DNA from: Sulfurospirillaceae bacterium
GTDB lineage: Bacteria; Campylobacterota; Campylobacteria; Campylobacterales; Sulfurospirillaceae
DNA length: 64,000 nucleotides
Direction: 5' to 3'
Assembly: GCA_033723415.1 (NCBI GenBank)
Contig: JAWVXD010000008.1
Coordinates: forward strand, 32,188 to 96,187
Part shown: in pieces, positions 30,410 to 40,000 of the stretch
Layout: each line of letters begins with the position of its first letter
How positions within the stretch are numbered: position 1 is the first letter of the stretch
Notes under the pieces: model-generated
What the model was told of the DNA's origin: nothing
Database searches by the model: none
What the model saw: the letters and a program-made list of their open reading frames with translations, nothing else
Program-made: the position numbers and the translations under genes

Positions 30410-31450
30410 TTATGCTACTTTAATGCAATTTCTTCCATCGTTTTTTGCATTGTAAAGTGCTTCATCGGCTCTTGCGACAATCATAGAATTAGTATCATCT
30501 TTTTGATAGATTGTAACTCCTATGCTAACGCTTTTCTTTCCCACTTTCTTAAAAGTATGCGCTTCCACTTTAGAGCGAATTTCTTCAGCCAGAGTTAATA
30601 TCCCCGAAAGATCAGTTTCTAAGCAGATCAAAGCAAATTCTTCGCCTCCCCAACGTACCAGAATATCAGTTGAACGGATATCCTCTTGAATTAAGTTGGC
30701 AATTTCTACTAAAAAACTATCACCTATGTTATGTCCAAAATCGTCGTTGACTGATTTAAAGTGGTCAACATCAATTATCGCAAGACCAAAAGTATGATTG
30801 AATCTTTGACTACGAGATATCTCATTGGATAAGACTTCATCAAATTTTGTACGATTATAAAGTCCAGTAAGTTTATCTGTCATAGCTAATTTTGCAAGAG
30901 TCTCTTTATTCATAAAAATCCTTTTACTAGACTCTTCTAGTAAATAAGCACCTAGAGAACCAAAGGAAGCAGCACTAAAAATCCAAAACATATGCATCAA
31001 GAATTCTTTTTCTGAAAGATATAAAATTGCAAAAGAAGATATAATAATAACTATAGTTGCACTAATCATGGCATGGAAAAGTTTCAATCCTGAAACAGTA
31101 AAAATCCAAAAGATACATAAGTATATTTCTGGTAAATAAAGATTTATATTGGAAAGTTTAGGAAGGATAATCAAATTTCCAATTGCAGCTACTGCAGGTG
31201 CAAAAATTAATATATAGATCATAATAGAATGGTATTTTTTAAAGAAAGTTAATACTGCGATGATAAGCAAAATCGGTACAATAATATAAAGATGAATAAA
31301 ATGTGCTAAAGGTAAAGAGTTCTCAGGAACAATAATCACATCTATCTCTGAATAGATATAATATAAAAAAGCCGTTAGTGTTGCAATATAACGAATTTGA
31401 ATAATTCGTGAAGATTGTATCCATTCATTGAATTTTAAAGTATTAAACAC
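30410..31450 (-). CDS. Membrane-anchored diguanylate cyclase (GGDEF)
   Basis: About 6 TMs, TDKLTGLYNR, DVDHFKSVNDDFGH, RSTD I-site, RWGGEEF, GRN. Confidence 0.95.
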   Translation of the reverse strand: MFNTLKFNEWIQSSRIIQIRYIATLTAFLYYIYSEIDVIIVPENSLPLAHFIHLYIIVPILLIIAVLTFFKKYHSIMIYILIFAPAVAAIGNLIILPKLSNINLYLPEIYLCIFWIFTVSGLKLFHAMISATIVIIISSFAILYLSEKEFLMHMFWIFSAASFGSLGAYLLEESSKRIFMNKETLAKLAMTDKLTGLYNRTKFDEVLSNEISRSQRFNHTFGLAIIDVDHFKSVNDDFGHNIGDSFLVEIANLIQEDIRSTDILVRWGGEEFALICLETDLSGILTLAEEIRSKVEAHTFKKVGKKSVSIGVTIYQKDDTNSMIVARADEALYNAKNDGRNCIKVA

Positions 31451-31614
31451 TTTTATTATCCTTTTATTTTAAAAATTATTTAATAATATATCTAAAAAAG
31501 ATATAATTAAGAAATAGATTTTGCTTAAATTTAGAAAATTTTATCGATTTTAATACTAAACAGTAGCATATATTTATTTATGTAATTTAGTTAAAGTATG
31601 TTATTATAACATCT

Positions 31615-32316
31615 ATGCATTTAATCACAATAACAAATTTACTTTTTATGTTTATTCCTATTATTATTGTCGGTTATATCTATTTTTTGTGGACTAAAAA
31701 TATCAAAGAGATAGGTTTAGCGACATTTAGGATGATAACTCAACTCCTGATCATAGGTTATTGTCTCACTTTTATTTTCAGTAGCAGCAATTTTATTTTT
31801 GGTTTTATTATAGTATTGTTTATGATCTGTATATCTAGTTTTATTGCACTTAGGAATATAGAAGTACGAGATTTTCGTGTTTATTCTGAAATTTTGATTT
31901 CAATTGCCATAGGCGGAAGTTTTAACCTCATATTAGTACTATATTTTGTTTTGGATTTGCATCCTATGTACCAACCTAGATTTATAATACCTCTTGCTGG
32001 CATGATCTATGCAAACTCTATGAATTCTATCTCATTAGTCGCTGAAAGATTTCAAAATGAGATAAAAAATCATAATTACAGTACTGCAAGAGCCAAATCT
32101 TTGAAAGCTTCACTTATCCCGCAAATTAACTCATTTCTAGCCGTTGGATTAGTTTCTCTGCCCGGTATGATGACCGGACAAATACTATCAGGTATCAATC
32201 CTATTATAGCAGTAAGGTATCAAATCGTCGTCATGGCGATGGTGTTAGGAAGTGCGGGAATGAGCTCAATCATATATCTATATCAACAAGGTGAAAAATA
32301 TGGAATTTCAGATTAA
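31615..32316 (+). CDS. UPF0014/FetB(YbbM)-family permease
   Basis: RMITQLLIIGY, IIPLAGMIYANSMN, VGLVSLPGMMTGQILSG, AVRYQIVVM. Confidence 0.9.
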   Translation: MHLITITNLLFMFIPIIIVGYIYFLWTKNIKEIGLATFRMITQLLIIGYCLTFIFSSSNFIFGFIIVLFMICISSFIALRNIEVRDFRVYSEILISIAIGGSFNLILVLYFVLDLHPMYQPRFIIPLAGMIYANSMNSISLVAERFQNEIKNHNYSTARAKSLKASLIPQINSFLAVGLVSLPGMMTGQILSGINPIIAVRYQIVVMAMVLGSAGMSSIIYLYQQGEKYGISD

Positions 32317-32803
32317 AGATAGACAAAATATTTCAAAACACTGTTTCGTTTGCGGCGTAGAAAATCCTATCGGATTAAAAGCAAAATTTTACTCAAGCTC
32401 TAGTGATGAGTCAATAGCAATATTTACCCCTGAAGATACACTTCAAAGTTATCCAGGAGTTTTACATGGCGGGATTTCCGCTACTATTTTGGATGAAACC
32501 ATAGGTAGAGCTATCATGAATAAATATGGTAAAAATAGTTTCGGTGTGACTATAGAATTAAATATAAAATATAAAAAACCGGTACCGACAGGTGTGGAAC
32601 TAAAAGTAGTAGGGCGAATTGACAGGGATACAAGTAGAGTTTTTGAAGGAACAGGAGAGCTTTATCTGCCGGATGGAAGTATTGCCGTCAGTGCGGTTGG
32701 AAAATATTTAAAAAGAGATTTATCTCAGATAACAAAAGAAGAGTTTGTGGAAGAAGAGTGGTTTGAATCTGATGCCAAACAACTTGATAAAATAAATATT
32801 TAA
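32300..32803 (+). CDS. PaaI-family (hotdog fold) thioesterase
   Basis: CFVCGVENPIGL, YPGVLHGGISATILDE, YKKPVP. Confidence 0.9.
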   Translation: MEFQIKDRQNISKHCFVCGVENPIGLKAKFYSSSSDESIAIFTPEDTLQSYPGVLHGGISATILDETIGRAIMNKYGKNSFGVTIELNIKYKKPVPTGVELKVVGRIDRDTSRVFEGTGELYLPDGSIAVSAVGKYLKRDLSQITKEEFVEEEWFESDAKQLDKINI

Positions 32804-32918
32804 TTTCTTTTTAGATAAAATAATTACCAAACTTCTAACACGATTTCTATACCAATTTGTGATACAAAATGTAGAAATTCTGCTAGAAGTTATTTTACAA
32901 TAATTATTAAGGACGGCT

Positions 32919-33422
32919 ATGAGTACACAAAACGCAAAAGTATGGAAATTCGGGGATAATATAGATACAGATTTGATAATAGCAGCGAGATACTTAAGTA
33001 CATCAAATCCTGAAGAATTGGCAAAACATGTCATGGAAGATGCTGATCCTGAGTTTGTAAATAAAGTTCAATTCGGAGATATCATAGTAGCTGGAGAAAA
33101 TTTTGGTTGCGGCAGTAGTCGTGAACATGCTCCTATAGCTCTAAAAACTGCCGGCATAAGTGCTGTTATAGCAAAAAGCTTCGCAAGAATATTTTATAGA
33201 AATGCATTTAATATGGGTTTGCCGATCTTTGAATTGCAAGAATCGGACGAGATTGAAGAGGGTGATACACTCAAAATCGATATGCAAAAAGGTCAGATAA
33301 TAAATGAGACAAAAGGCAAGACTTATAAATTCACACCGATTCCTCCATTTATGCAAGAACTCATAGCAAGTGGTGGTTTGATCAACTATGCAAAAGAAGA
33401 GATCAAGAGGAAGAATGTATGA
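32919..33422 (+). CDS. leuD: 3-isopropylmalate dehydratase small subunit
   Basis: [36 protein letters not shown]; next to leuB. Confidence 0.93.
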   Translation: MSTQNAKVWKFGDNIDTDLIIAARYLSTSNPEELAKHVMEDADPEFVNKVQFGDIIVAGENFGCGSSREHAPIALKTAGISAVIAKSFARIFYRNAFNMGLPIFELQESDEIEEGDTLKIDMQKGQIINETKGKTYKFTPIPPFMQELIASGGLINYAKEEIKRKNV

Positions 33423-34495
33423 GCAAAAATTATAACATTGCACTTATACGAGGAGACGGTATAGGTCCAGAGATTGTTGAAGAAGCTATAAAAGTCTTGA
33501 ATTCAGTTAGCAAAAAAGAAAATTTTACTTTAAATTATGAAGAATTTTTGATGGGTGGAGTTGCTTATGAAGCTACAGGTAATCCTTTGCCGGATGAGAC
33601 TGTTACAGGATGTTTAAAATCCGATGCTATACTCTTTGGAGCTATCGGCGGATATAAATGGGACAATTTGCCAAGTGAGCTTAGACCGGAAGCAGGTCTT
33701 CTAAAGCTTAGAAAAGCTTTGGGACTTTTTGCAAATTTGCGACCGGTTGCCGTTTTTGATGAACTTTTAGACGCTAGTAGTATGAAGCCTGAAGTTTTGA
33801 AAGGCGTTGACATGCTAGTTGTAAGAGAATTGACAGGCGGTATATATTTTGGCGAACCAAGAGAAAATGACGGGCTGAGAGCTTATAACACTATGGTTTA
33901 CACAAAAGATGAGATAGTTCGAATCGCAAAAGTTGCTTTTGAATCTGCTATGAAAAGAAAAAAGAAAGTATGTTCTGTAGATAAAGCAAATGTCTTAGAA
34001 GTAAGCCGCTTATGGAGAAGTGTCGTAGAAGAGGTTGCTCTTGATTATCCGGAAGTAGAATTAACTCATATGTATGTTGATAATGCTGCTATGCAATTAG
34101 TACGAGAGCCAAGACAATTTGATGTTATTTTAACAGGCAATATATTCGGTGATATTTTAAGTGATGAGGCCAGTATGATGAGTGGTTCGATCGGTTTACT
34201 CCCATCATCTTCTATCGGTGGAACAGTAGGGCTATATGAGCCTATTCACGGTTCTGCTCCTGATATAACCGGACAAGGAATCGCGAATCCGATTGCTACG
34301 ATTTTAAGCGCATCTATGATGCTCAGATTCTCACTTAATGAAGAGAAGGCAGCAGATAGGATTGATGAAGCAATTAAAAGTGTTTTACAAGATGGGTATA
34401 GGACTCAAGATTTAGCCAGATATAATGCAAAAGAAGTTTGCACAACTGAGCAAATCGGGACTATAATCGCACAAAAGATAGAAAATAGTATTTAA
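33419..34495 (+). CDS. leuB: 3-isopropylmalate dehydrogenase
   Basis: [47 protein letters not shown]. Confidence 0.97.
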   Translation: MSKNYNIALIRGDGIGPEIVEEAIKVLNSVSKKENFTLNYEEFLMGGVAYEATGNPLPDETVTGCLKSDAILFGAIGGYKWDNLPSELRPEAGLLKLRKALGLFANLRPVAVFDELLDASSMKPEVLKGVDMLVVRELTGGIYFGEPRENDGLRAYNTMVYTKDEIVRIAKVAFESAMKRKKKVCSVDKANVLEVSRLWRSVVEEVALDYPEVELTHMYVDNAAMQLVREPRQFDVILTGNIFGDILSDEASMMSGSIGLLPSSSIGGTVGLYEPIHGSAPDITGQGIANPIATILSASMMLRFSLNEEKAADRIDEAIKSVLQDGYRTQDLARYNAKEVCTTEQIGTIIAQKIENSI

Positions 34496-34506
34496 GGTTT
34501 TATATT

Positions 34507-34752
34507 ATGGTAAAAACTTTGACTTTAGCTTCTATATATGAGTTACAAGGATTGAAAGAAGAAGCATTGGATATTTATAAAGAAATATTGAAAAATGATT
34601 CCAACAATAAAGAAGCTAAAGTTGCCATAAGAAGATTAAGCGGAATTAGGAAAAAATATCAAGGCGTGAATGAAGAGATGAAAAGTTTCTTTGTTAATAT
34701 GGAAACTGAAGTTGAATTTTTAGAGTTTGAGAGATGGTTGGCAAAACTTTGA
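34507..34752 (+). CDS. Small TPR-like conserved protein (Cj0787-like)
   Basis: KTLTLASIYELQGLKEEALDIYKEIL TPR-like helix pair; synteny with cca-purU. Confidence 0.75.
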   Translation: MVKTLTLASIYELQGLKEEALDIYKEILKNDSNNKEAKVAIRRLSGIRKKYQGVNEEMKSFFVNMETEVEFLEFERWLAKL

Positions 34753-34768
34753 TTTATGAGGTAATACA

Positions 34769-35074
34769 ATGGAATTAAAAGAGATGGTGATGATGACTTT
34801 ATCAGAACTTGAAGAAGATAAGTCAATAGAAGAGATCGAAACAAACGATGCAAAAGACAACTCATCAGATAACGAAGATGAAGAGACAATAGATACAAGT
34901 GAAAAACAATTTTATGAAAATATAAGAGAAAAATTACTTGTTATCTTTGAAGGATTTCAAGCGCCTAATAACAAAAATATAGAATCAAAAATTGATCTTA
35001 CATTGAATTTTCTAGAGTACCTTTTGGCAAGAATAGATGAAAGATTAGAAAATTTAAATACTCATAAAAAATGA
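34769..35074 (+). CDS. CiaD-like domain protein (Cj0788 position)
   Basis: MELKEMVMMTLSEL...REKLLVIFEGFQ...KIDLTLNFLEYLLA; directly upstream of cca. Confidence 0.7.
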   Translation: MELKEMVMMTLSELEEDKSIEEIETNDAKDNSSDNEDEETIDTSEKQFYENIREKLLVIFEGFQAPNNKNIESKIDLTLNFLEYLLARIDERLENLNTHKK

Positions 35075-36189
35075 ATCTAGAAAATAAACTTCCTTTGCCA
35101 TTAAAAGAACAATTTGGTAAAATCAAAGCTTTTTTAAAAGATTATACCGGACGTGCATATTTGGTAGGTGGCGGAGTTCGAGATATGTTGCTTAACCTTC
35201 CTGTTAACGATTTAGATATTGAAGTTTATGATATAGATGAGATGACTTTTTCAAAACTTATGCAAGAACTTGGTGCCATAGGAGTAGGAAAGAGTTTTTT
35301 TGTTTATAAAATTGGGGATATAGATATATCATTACCAAGGACTGAGAGAAAAAACGGTGTAGGACATAGGGCTTTTAACGTAAAGATCTGTAGTGATGAA
35401 AAACAAGCTGCCAGAAGACGTGATTTTACTATGAATGCAATGATGTTAGATATATTTAATTATAAGCTCTTAGATTTTTACGGCGGTTTGGAGAGTTTGA
35501 ATAAAAAGGTTATATCATTAGTTGATGAAAATAGTTTTGCAGAAGATAGTTTGAGAGTATTAAGAGGTATTCAATTTAGTTCAAGATTTGGTTTTAAGAT
35601 AGACAAAATGACTTTAGAAGTTATGGCAAAGCTCCCCTTAAATGATCTAAGTAAGAGTAGAATCTTTTGGGAATTAGAGAAATTGTTCAATGCGACTTTT
35701 TTGCATTTCGGGCTATATTATCTTATCAGATTAGGAATCTTTGAGAAAGTTTTTGGTGTGAAAATCCAAAAAGACCTGTTTTTTAAGACGGCACTAGAAT
35801 TGTACAAAAACAAGGATAATTTTACAGAAGAATTAAATACATATTATTTTATGTATATTGTTGGTAATCTATGTAAACTAGACATTTCCAAAGTACTTGA
35901 AAACATTGATGCACCAAGAGAATATAGGAATATTTTCAAAAATCAACCGTTTATTGAAAATGATGTAAATGATGAGCAGCTTATGGAAATTGCTATAGAT
36001 ATACCTATAAAAAATTGGCTTGGTAACTACAAAAAAGGAATAATTGAAAGAGCAAAAAAATTGGATATATATGAACACCTATATAGTGGAGGAGTAAGTG
36101 TCCAAAGCGTCATATTAGACGGTTTTCAAAAAGAAGAGATAAAAAAAGAATTAAAAAGAAGAAAATTAGAGGTAATAAAAAGTGAATAA
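35071..36189 (+). CDS. cca: CCA-adding tRNA nucleotidyltransferase
   Basis: YLVGGGVRD, DLDIE, RRRDFTMNAM, EDSLRVLRG. Confidence 0.9.
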   Translation: MNLENKLPLPLKEQFGKIKAFLKDYTGRAYLVGGGVRDMLLNLPVNDLDIEVYDIDEMTFSKLMQELGAIGVGKSFFVYKIGDIDISLPRTERKNGVGHRAFNVKICSDEKQAARRRDFTMNAMMLDIFNYKLLDFYGGLESLNKKVISLVDENSFAEDSLRVLRGIQFSSRFGFKIDKMTLEVMAKLPLNDLSKSRIFWELEKLFNATFLHFGLYYLIRLGIFEKVFGVKIQKDLFFKTALELYKNKDNFTEELNTYYFMYIVGNLCKLDISKVLENIDAPREYRNIFKNQPFIENDVNDEQLMEIAIDIPIKNWLGNYKKGIIERAKKLDIYEHLYSGGVSVQSVILDGFQKEEIKKELKRRKLEVIKSE

Positions 36190-37015
36190 ATACGTATTGA
36201 AAATAAAATGTTCTGATGCAAAAGGTTTGATATATAAGATTTCAAATGTTTTGTATAAAAATGATTTAAACATAGAAAAAAACAACGAATTTGTAGATGG
36301 GGAAAATGAGAAATTCTTCTTTCGTGCCAGATTAGACGGTTTGATAGATAGTTCAAAAATTGTTACTGAATTAAAAGAAGTTATGCCTGAAGATGCTGAG
36401 ATATCACTTGTCAAGAAAATAAAAAAGAAAATAATAGTTTTAGCTACAAAAGAATCACATTGTTTGGGAGATATTTTATTAAAGCATGATAGCTGTGAAT
36501 TAAATGCTGACATTCAAGCGGTTGTTTCAAATTATGATGAGCTGAGACCTCTTTGCGAAAAATTTGGTGTCAAATATCATCATGTCGCAAGCGAGGGGAT
36601 GAATAGAGTTGCACATGAAGCAAAAGTTTTAGATGTCTTAAGCAATTATGAAGTCGATTATCTTGTCTTAGCGAAGTATATGCGTATCTTATCAGCTGAT
36701 TTCGTATCAAAATACGAACAAAAGATCATAAATATTCATCATTCTTTTTTGCCTGCTTTTATAGGGGCAAATCCATATAAACAGGCTCATGAAAGAGGTG
36801 TGAAGATCATAGGGGCAACTGCGCATTTTGTCAATAACAACCTTGATGAAGGACCTATAATCGCACAAGATGTCATACCTGTAAATCATGAACAAAGTTG
36901 GAGACATATGCAGCGTGCCGGACGAAATGTTGAAAAGACTGTACTTTCAAACGCCCTTGACCTGGTTTTTGATGATAAGATTTTTATTCATGCGAATAAA
37001 ACAATAATATTTTAG
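36182..37015 (+). CDS. purU: Formyltetrahydrofolate deformylase
   Basis: N-terminal ACT domain, VLAKYMRIL, INIHHSFLPAFIGANPY, LDEGPII. Confidence 0.97.
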   Translation: MNKYVLKIKCSDAKGLIYKISNVLYKNDLNIEKNNEFVDGENEKFFFRARLDGLIDSSKIVTELKEVMPEDAEISLVKKIKKKIIVLATKESHCLGDILLKHDSCELNADIQAVVSNYDELRPLCEKFGVKYHHVASEGMNRVAHEAKVLDVLSNYEVDYLVLAKYMRILSADFVSKYEQKIINIHHSFLPAFIGANPYKQAHERGVKIIGATAHFVNNNLDEGPIIAQDVIPVNHEQSWRHMQRAGRNVEKTVLSNALDLVFDDKIFIHANKTIIF

Positions 37016-37023
37016 GAATTTTT

Positions 37024-37503
37024 ATGTTTAATATTGTTTTAGTCCATCCACAGATACCGCAAAATACCGGAAGTATAGGAAGGATTTGTGTAAATACGAA
37101 TTCTAAACTTCATATTGTCAAGCCAACCTGTTTTGAGATTAATGACAAAAATGTCAAAAGAGCAGGGCTTGATTACTGGCATCTTTTAGATGTTACTGTT
37201 TGGGAAAGTTTGGATGATTTTATGCAAGCTCATGAAAAGAATCTGGATAGATTTTTCTTTGCTACGACAAAAAGTAAAAAAACGTATTTTGATGTTAAAT
37301 TCGAAGATGGTGATTTTTTATTTTTTGGCGGTGAATCGACAGGATTACCTATGGAGTTGATGCAGAAAAAGTGGGATAATGCCATAACAATTCCTATGGG
37401 AAAAGACGGAAGAAGCCTTAATCAGTCAGTAGCGGTAGGAATAGTACTATATGACGCTATAAGACAAAATTTTCAAACACTAGAAGCATTTGAAGACTTT
37501 TGA
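37024..37503 (+). CDS. trmL: tRNA (cytidine/uridine-34 2'-O)-methyltransferase
   Basis: PQIPQNTGSIGR, KRAGLDYW, FGGESTGLP, RSLNQS. Confidence 0.93.
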   Translation: MFNIVLVHPQIPQNTGSIGRICVNTNSKLHIVKPTCFEINDKNVKRAGLDYWHLLDVTVWESLDDFMQAHEKNLDRFFFATTKSKKTYFDVKFEDGDFLFFGGESTGLPMELMQKKWDNAITIPMGKDGRSLNQSVAVGIVLYDAIRQNFQTLEAFEDF

Positions 37504-38635
37504 TATCGCTTTCATAGGAGCCGGAGCGAGTACACTGATGTGCTCGACTTTTATAAAAAATAGATCGGTTGCTATAGTAGAAAGTTCAAAAAAAATAGCT
37601 CCCAAGATAAAAATTTCAGGTGGAGGAAATTGTAATTTCACAAATAAGTTTGTTAGTTCAGACAACTATCTAGGGGACCACTTGTTTATACAACAAGTGC
37701 TTGGGAAATTTGATCAAAATGACGTATTGGATTTTTTTAAAAAGCACAATTTAGAATATATTTTGAGAGAAGATGGAAAATATTTTTGCAAAAACGGTGC
37801 TTCAGATATTATCAATATATTTGCAAGGCTTACAAAGCATTGTGACTTTTTTCTTGATAATAAGGTCAGTGAAGTAAAATTTGATAAACAATTTATTATA
37901 AAGACAGATAAACAAGTATTAAAAGCTAAAAAACTGGTAGTATCAAGCGGAGGATTGAGTTACGCGAGTTTAGGGGCATCTGATATAGGCTTTAAAATAG
38001 CAAAGTCATTTGGGCATAATATCATCAAAACATCTCCGGCATTAGCTGGATTTACTTTACAAAAAGATCAATTTTGGATGAAAGAGTTGAGTGGAATCAC
38101 CATTCCAATTTCTCTTCAAGTCGGAGATAAAACTTTTAAAAATAATCTTTTATTCGCTCATAAAGGTATCAGTGGACCGGCTGTATTATCAGGATCTTTG
38201 TATTGGGAAAAAGGTTCGATCACTATAGATTTTTTGCCAAATATCAAAATCACAAATCTTTTATCAAAGAAAAGTAATAAACAAATCAGTTCAATTCTAC
38301 CTCTTCCTAAAAGATTTGTAAAAGAATATTTAAAATCTGTTGATTTGGACGATATTTCGATAAATTGTTTAACTATACAAGATATAATAAAGCTTGAAAA
38401 GCTAAATCGTTATGAATTCAGCCCCGCAGGTAATTTTGGGTATACAAAAGCAGAAGTTACAAGAGGCGGAGTAGATACGGATGAGATAAACATTGATAAC
38501 TTTGAGAGTTTAAAGAAAAAAGATTTGTTTTTTATCGGAGAAGTTTTAAATGTTACAGGAGAGCTTGGTGGATATAATTTCCAGTGGGCATTTTCATCTG
38601 CTAATATTTTAGCAAGATATTTGACAGAAAAATAA
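37490..38635 (+). CDS. HI0933/BaiN-family FAD-dependent oxidoreductase
   Basis: KIKISGGGNCNFTN, LFAHKGISGP, AEVTRGGV, GELGGYNFQWA. Confidence 0.92.
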   Translation: MKTFDIAFIGAGASTLMCSTFIKNRSVAIVESSKKIAPKIKISGGGNCNFTNKFVSSDNYLGDHLFIQQVLGKFDQNDVLDFFKKHNLEYILREDGKYFCKNGASDIINIFARLTKHCDFFLDNKVSEVKFDKQFIIKTDKQVLKAKKLVVSSGGLSYASLGASDIGFKIAKSFGHNIIKTSPALAGFTLQKDQFWMKELSGITIPISLQVGDKTFKNNLLFAHKGISGPAVLSGSLYWEKGSITIDFLPNIKITNLLSKKSNKQISSILPLPKRFVKEYLKSVDLDDISINCLTIQDIIKLEKLNRYEFSPAGNFGYTKAEVTRGGVDTDEINIDNFESLKKKDLFFIGEVLNVTGELGGYNFQWAFSSANILARYLTEK

Positions 38636-38647
38636 AAAGGATTTTTT

Positions 38648-39850
38648 GTGAGATTTTTTATTGTAGTTTTTTTAATTTTTACCTCTTTGTTTGCAAAAGA
38701 CTTCAAAATTGCCACGTATAATGTGCAAAATTTGTTTGACCTAAAGAAAAACGGTAATGAATATCAAGAGTACATACCAGGTATAAAATCAAATTGGAAT
38801 CAAAAAACTTTTTCGATTAAACTTGGTCATATTGCAAGAGTTATAAAAGATCTAAATGCTGATATAATAGCTTTAGAAGAGGTTGAAAATGTTAATACGG
38901 CAATACTTTTGAATAAGGCTTTGGGAGATAAAAAATATAAGTATATTTATACGTTTTTTAGAAAAGATAAGCATTATGTAGGCAATGTTGTATTTTCAAG
39001 ATACAAAGTAGCCGATAAATATTTTGTAAAAGTAGATGGTGCAAATCGTGGCATCGATGTTTTAAAATTTTATTTAGATCACCAAAAATTAACTATTTAT
39101 GTAAATCATTGGCCTGCCTTTAAACATGGAGTAAAGGCAAGAGAAGCTTATGCCAAAAAACTTAAAAGTATCTTGAACACTAAAGATGAATTTGTCATTT
39201 TGGGAGATCTTAATGCCCCTTATAAAACAAGACAGGATAACTGGGGTAAAAGTTTGGTTGATACTTTAGGGGTTGGAAACAAAGACAAGTTTCTTTATAA
39301 TCTTTGGTATGAACTTCCCCCTGATTCTAGATATACATACGTATATGGACGTGTGAAGAATGCATTGGATCACATTATCTTGTCAAAGAATTTATTTGAC
39401 GGACAAAAGATTGAATACAAACCAAAATCATTCGGTGTTTTGAAAAGTAAGTATTTAGTTGATAAATACGGATATCCAAATAGATGGGTTGTGACAAAAG
39501 ACTTTAAAAATACAGGAGTAGGGTATTCTGATCATCTTCCAATATTTGCTACATTGCAAACAGAACCATACACCAAACAACAGATTGATACTGTCAAAAT
39601 CTCATATCTTAAAAAAATGTACAATGATCTATTGCCTGCAATCCTAAAAAATGTTTTAGTCGTAAGGGTTGATAAATATAGTGTTGTTTTAGCTGATGGA
39701 AAAGAACAGATCAAGATTTATTTGCCTGATGAAGAGTTTGAAAAGGGCCGTAGATATGATATACTTGTCCAGCAAATTCAAAAATACGATAGAAGCATAG
39801 AGATTAGTCTATGTAAGATCTTGAAAAAATATGAAGAAGGTAAAAAATAA
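38648..39850 (+). CDS. Secreted endonuclease/exonuclease/phosphatase (EEP) family nuclease
   Basis: Signal peptide, ATYNVQNLFD, DIIALEEVE, NHW, GDLN, LDHI, YSDHLP. Confidence 0.9.
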   Translation: MRFFIVVFLIFTSLFAKDFKIATYNVQNLFDLKKNGNEYQEYIPGIKSNWNQKTFSIKLGHIARVIKDLNADIIALEEVENVNTAILLNKALGDKKYKYIYTFFRKDKHYVGNVVFSRYKVADKYFVKVDGANRGIDVLKFYLDHQKLTIYVNHWPAFKHGVKAREAYAKKLKSILNTKDEFVILGDLNAPYKTRQDNWGKSLVDTLGVGNKDKFLYNLWYELPPDSRYTYVYGRVKNALDHIILSKNLFDGQKIEYKPKSFGVLKSKYLVDKYGYPNRWVVTKDFKNTGVGYSDHLPIFATLQTEPYTKQQIDTVKISYLKKMYNDLLPAILKNVLVVRVDKYSVVLADGKEQIKIYLPDEEFEKGRRYDILVQQIQKYDRSIEISLCKILKKYEEGKK

Positions 39851-39851
39851 T

Positions 39852-39944
39852 ATGTTTGGCACTATAATGATGAGCGCGTTTGTTCTGTTTATGATTTGGA
39901 TCATGATAGGTTTTTTTAGGCAGATGCAAAACAAAGATAAATAA
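39852..39944 (+). CDS. Putative 30-aa single-TM small protein
   Basis: MFGTIMMSAFVLFMIWIMIGFFRQMQNKDK*; starts 1 nt after the nuclease stop. Confidence 0.4.
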   Translation: MFGTIMMSAFVLFMIWIMIGFFRQMQNKDK

Positions 39945-40000
39945 AAGAACAATTTTGTTAAAATTGTAACCCCCAAAATACAAATAATTAAAAGGTTTTT

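Noticed and set aside
32919..34495. leuD-leuB without leuC as a broken pathway
   Set aside because: Split leu genes are common; leuC can lie outside the window
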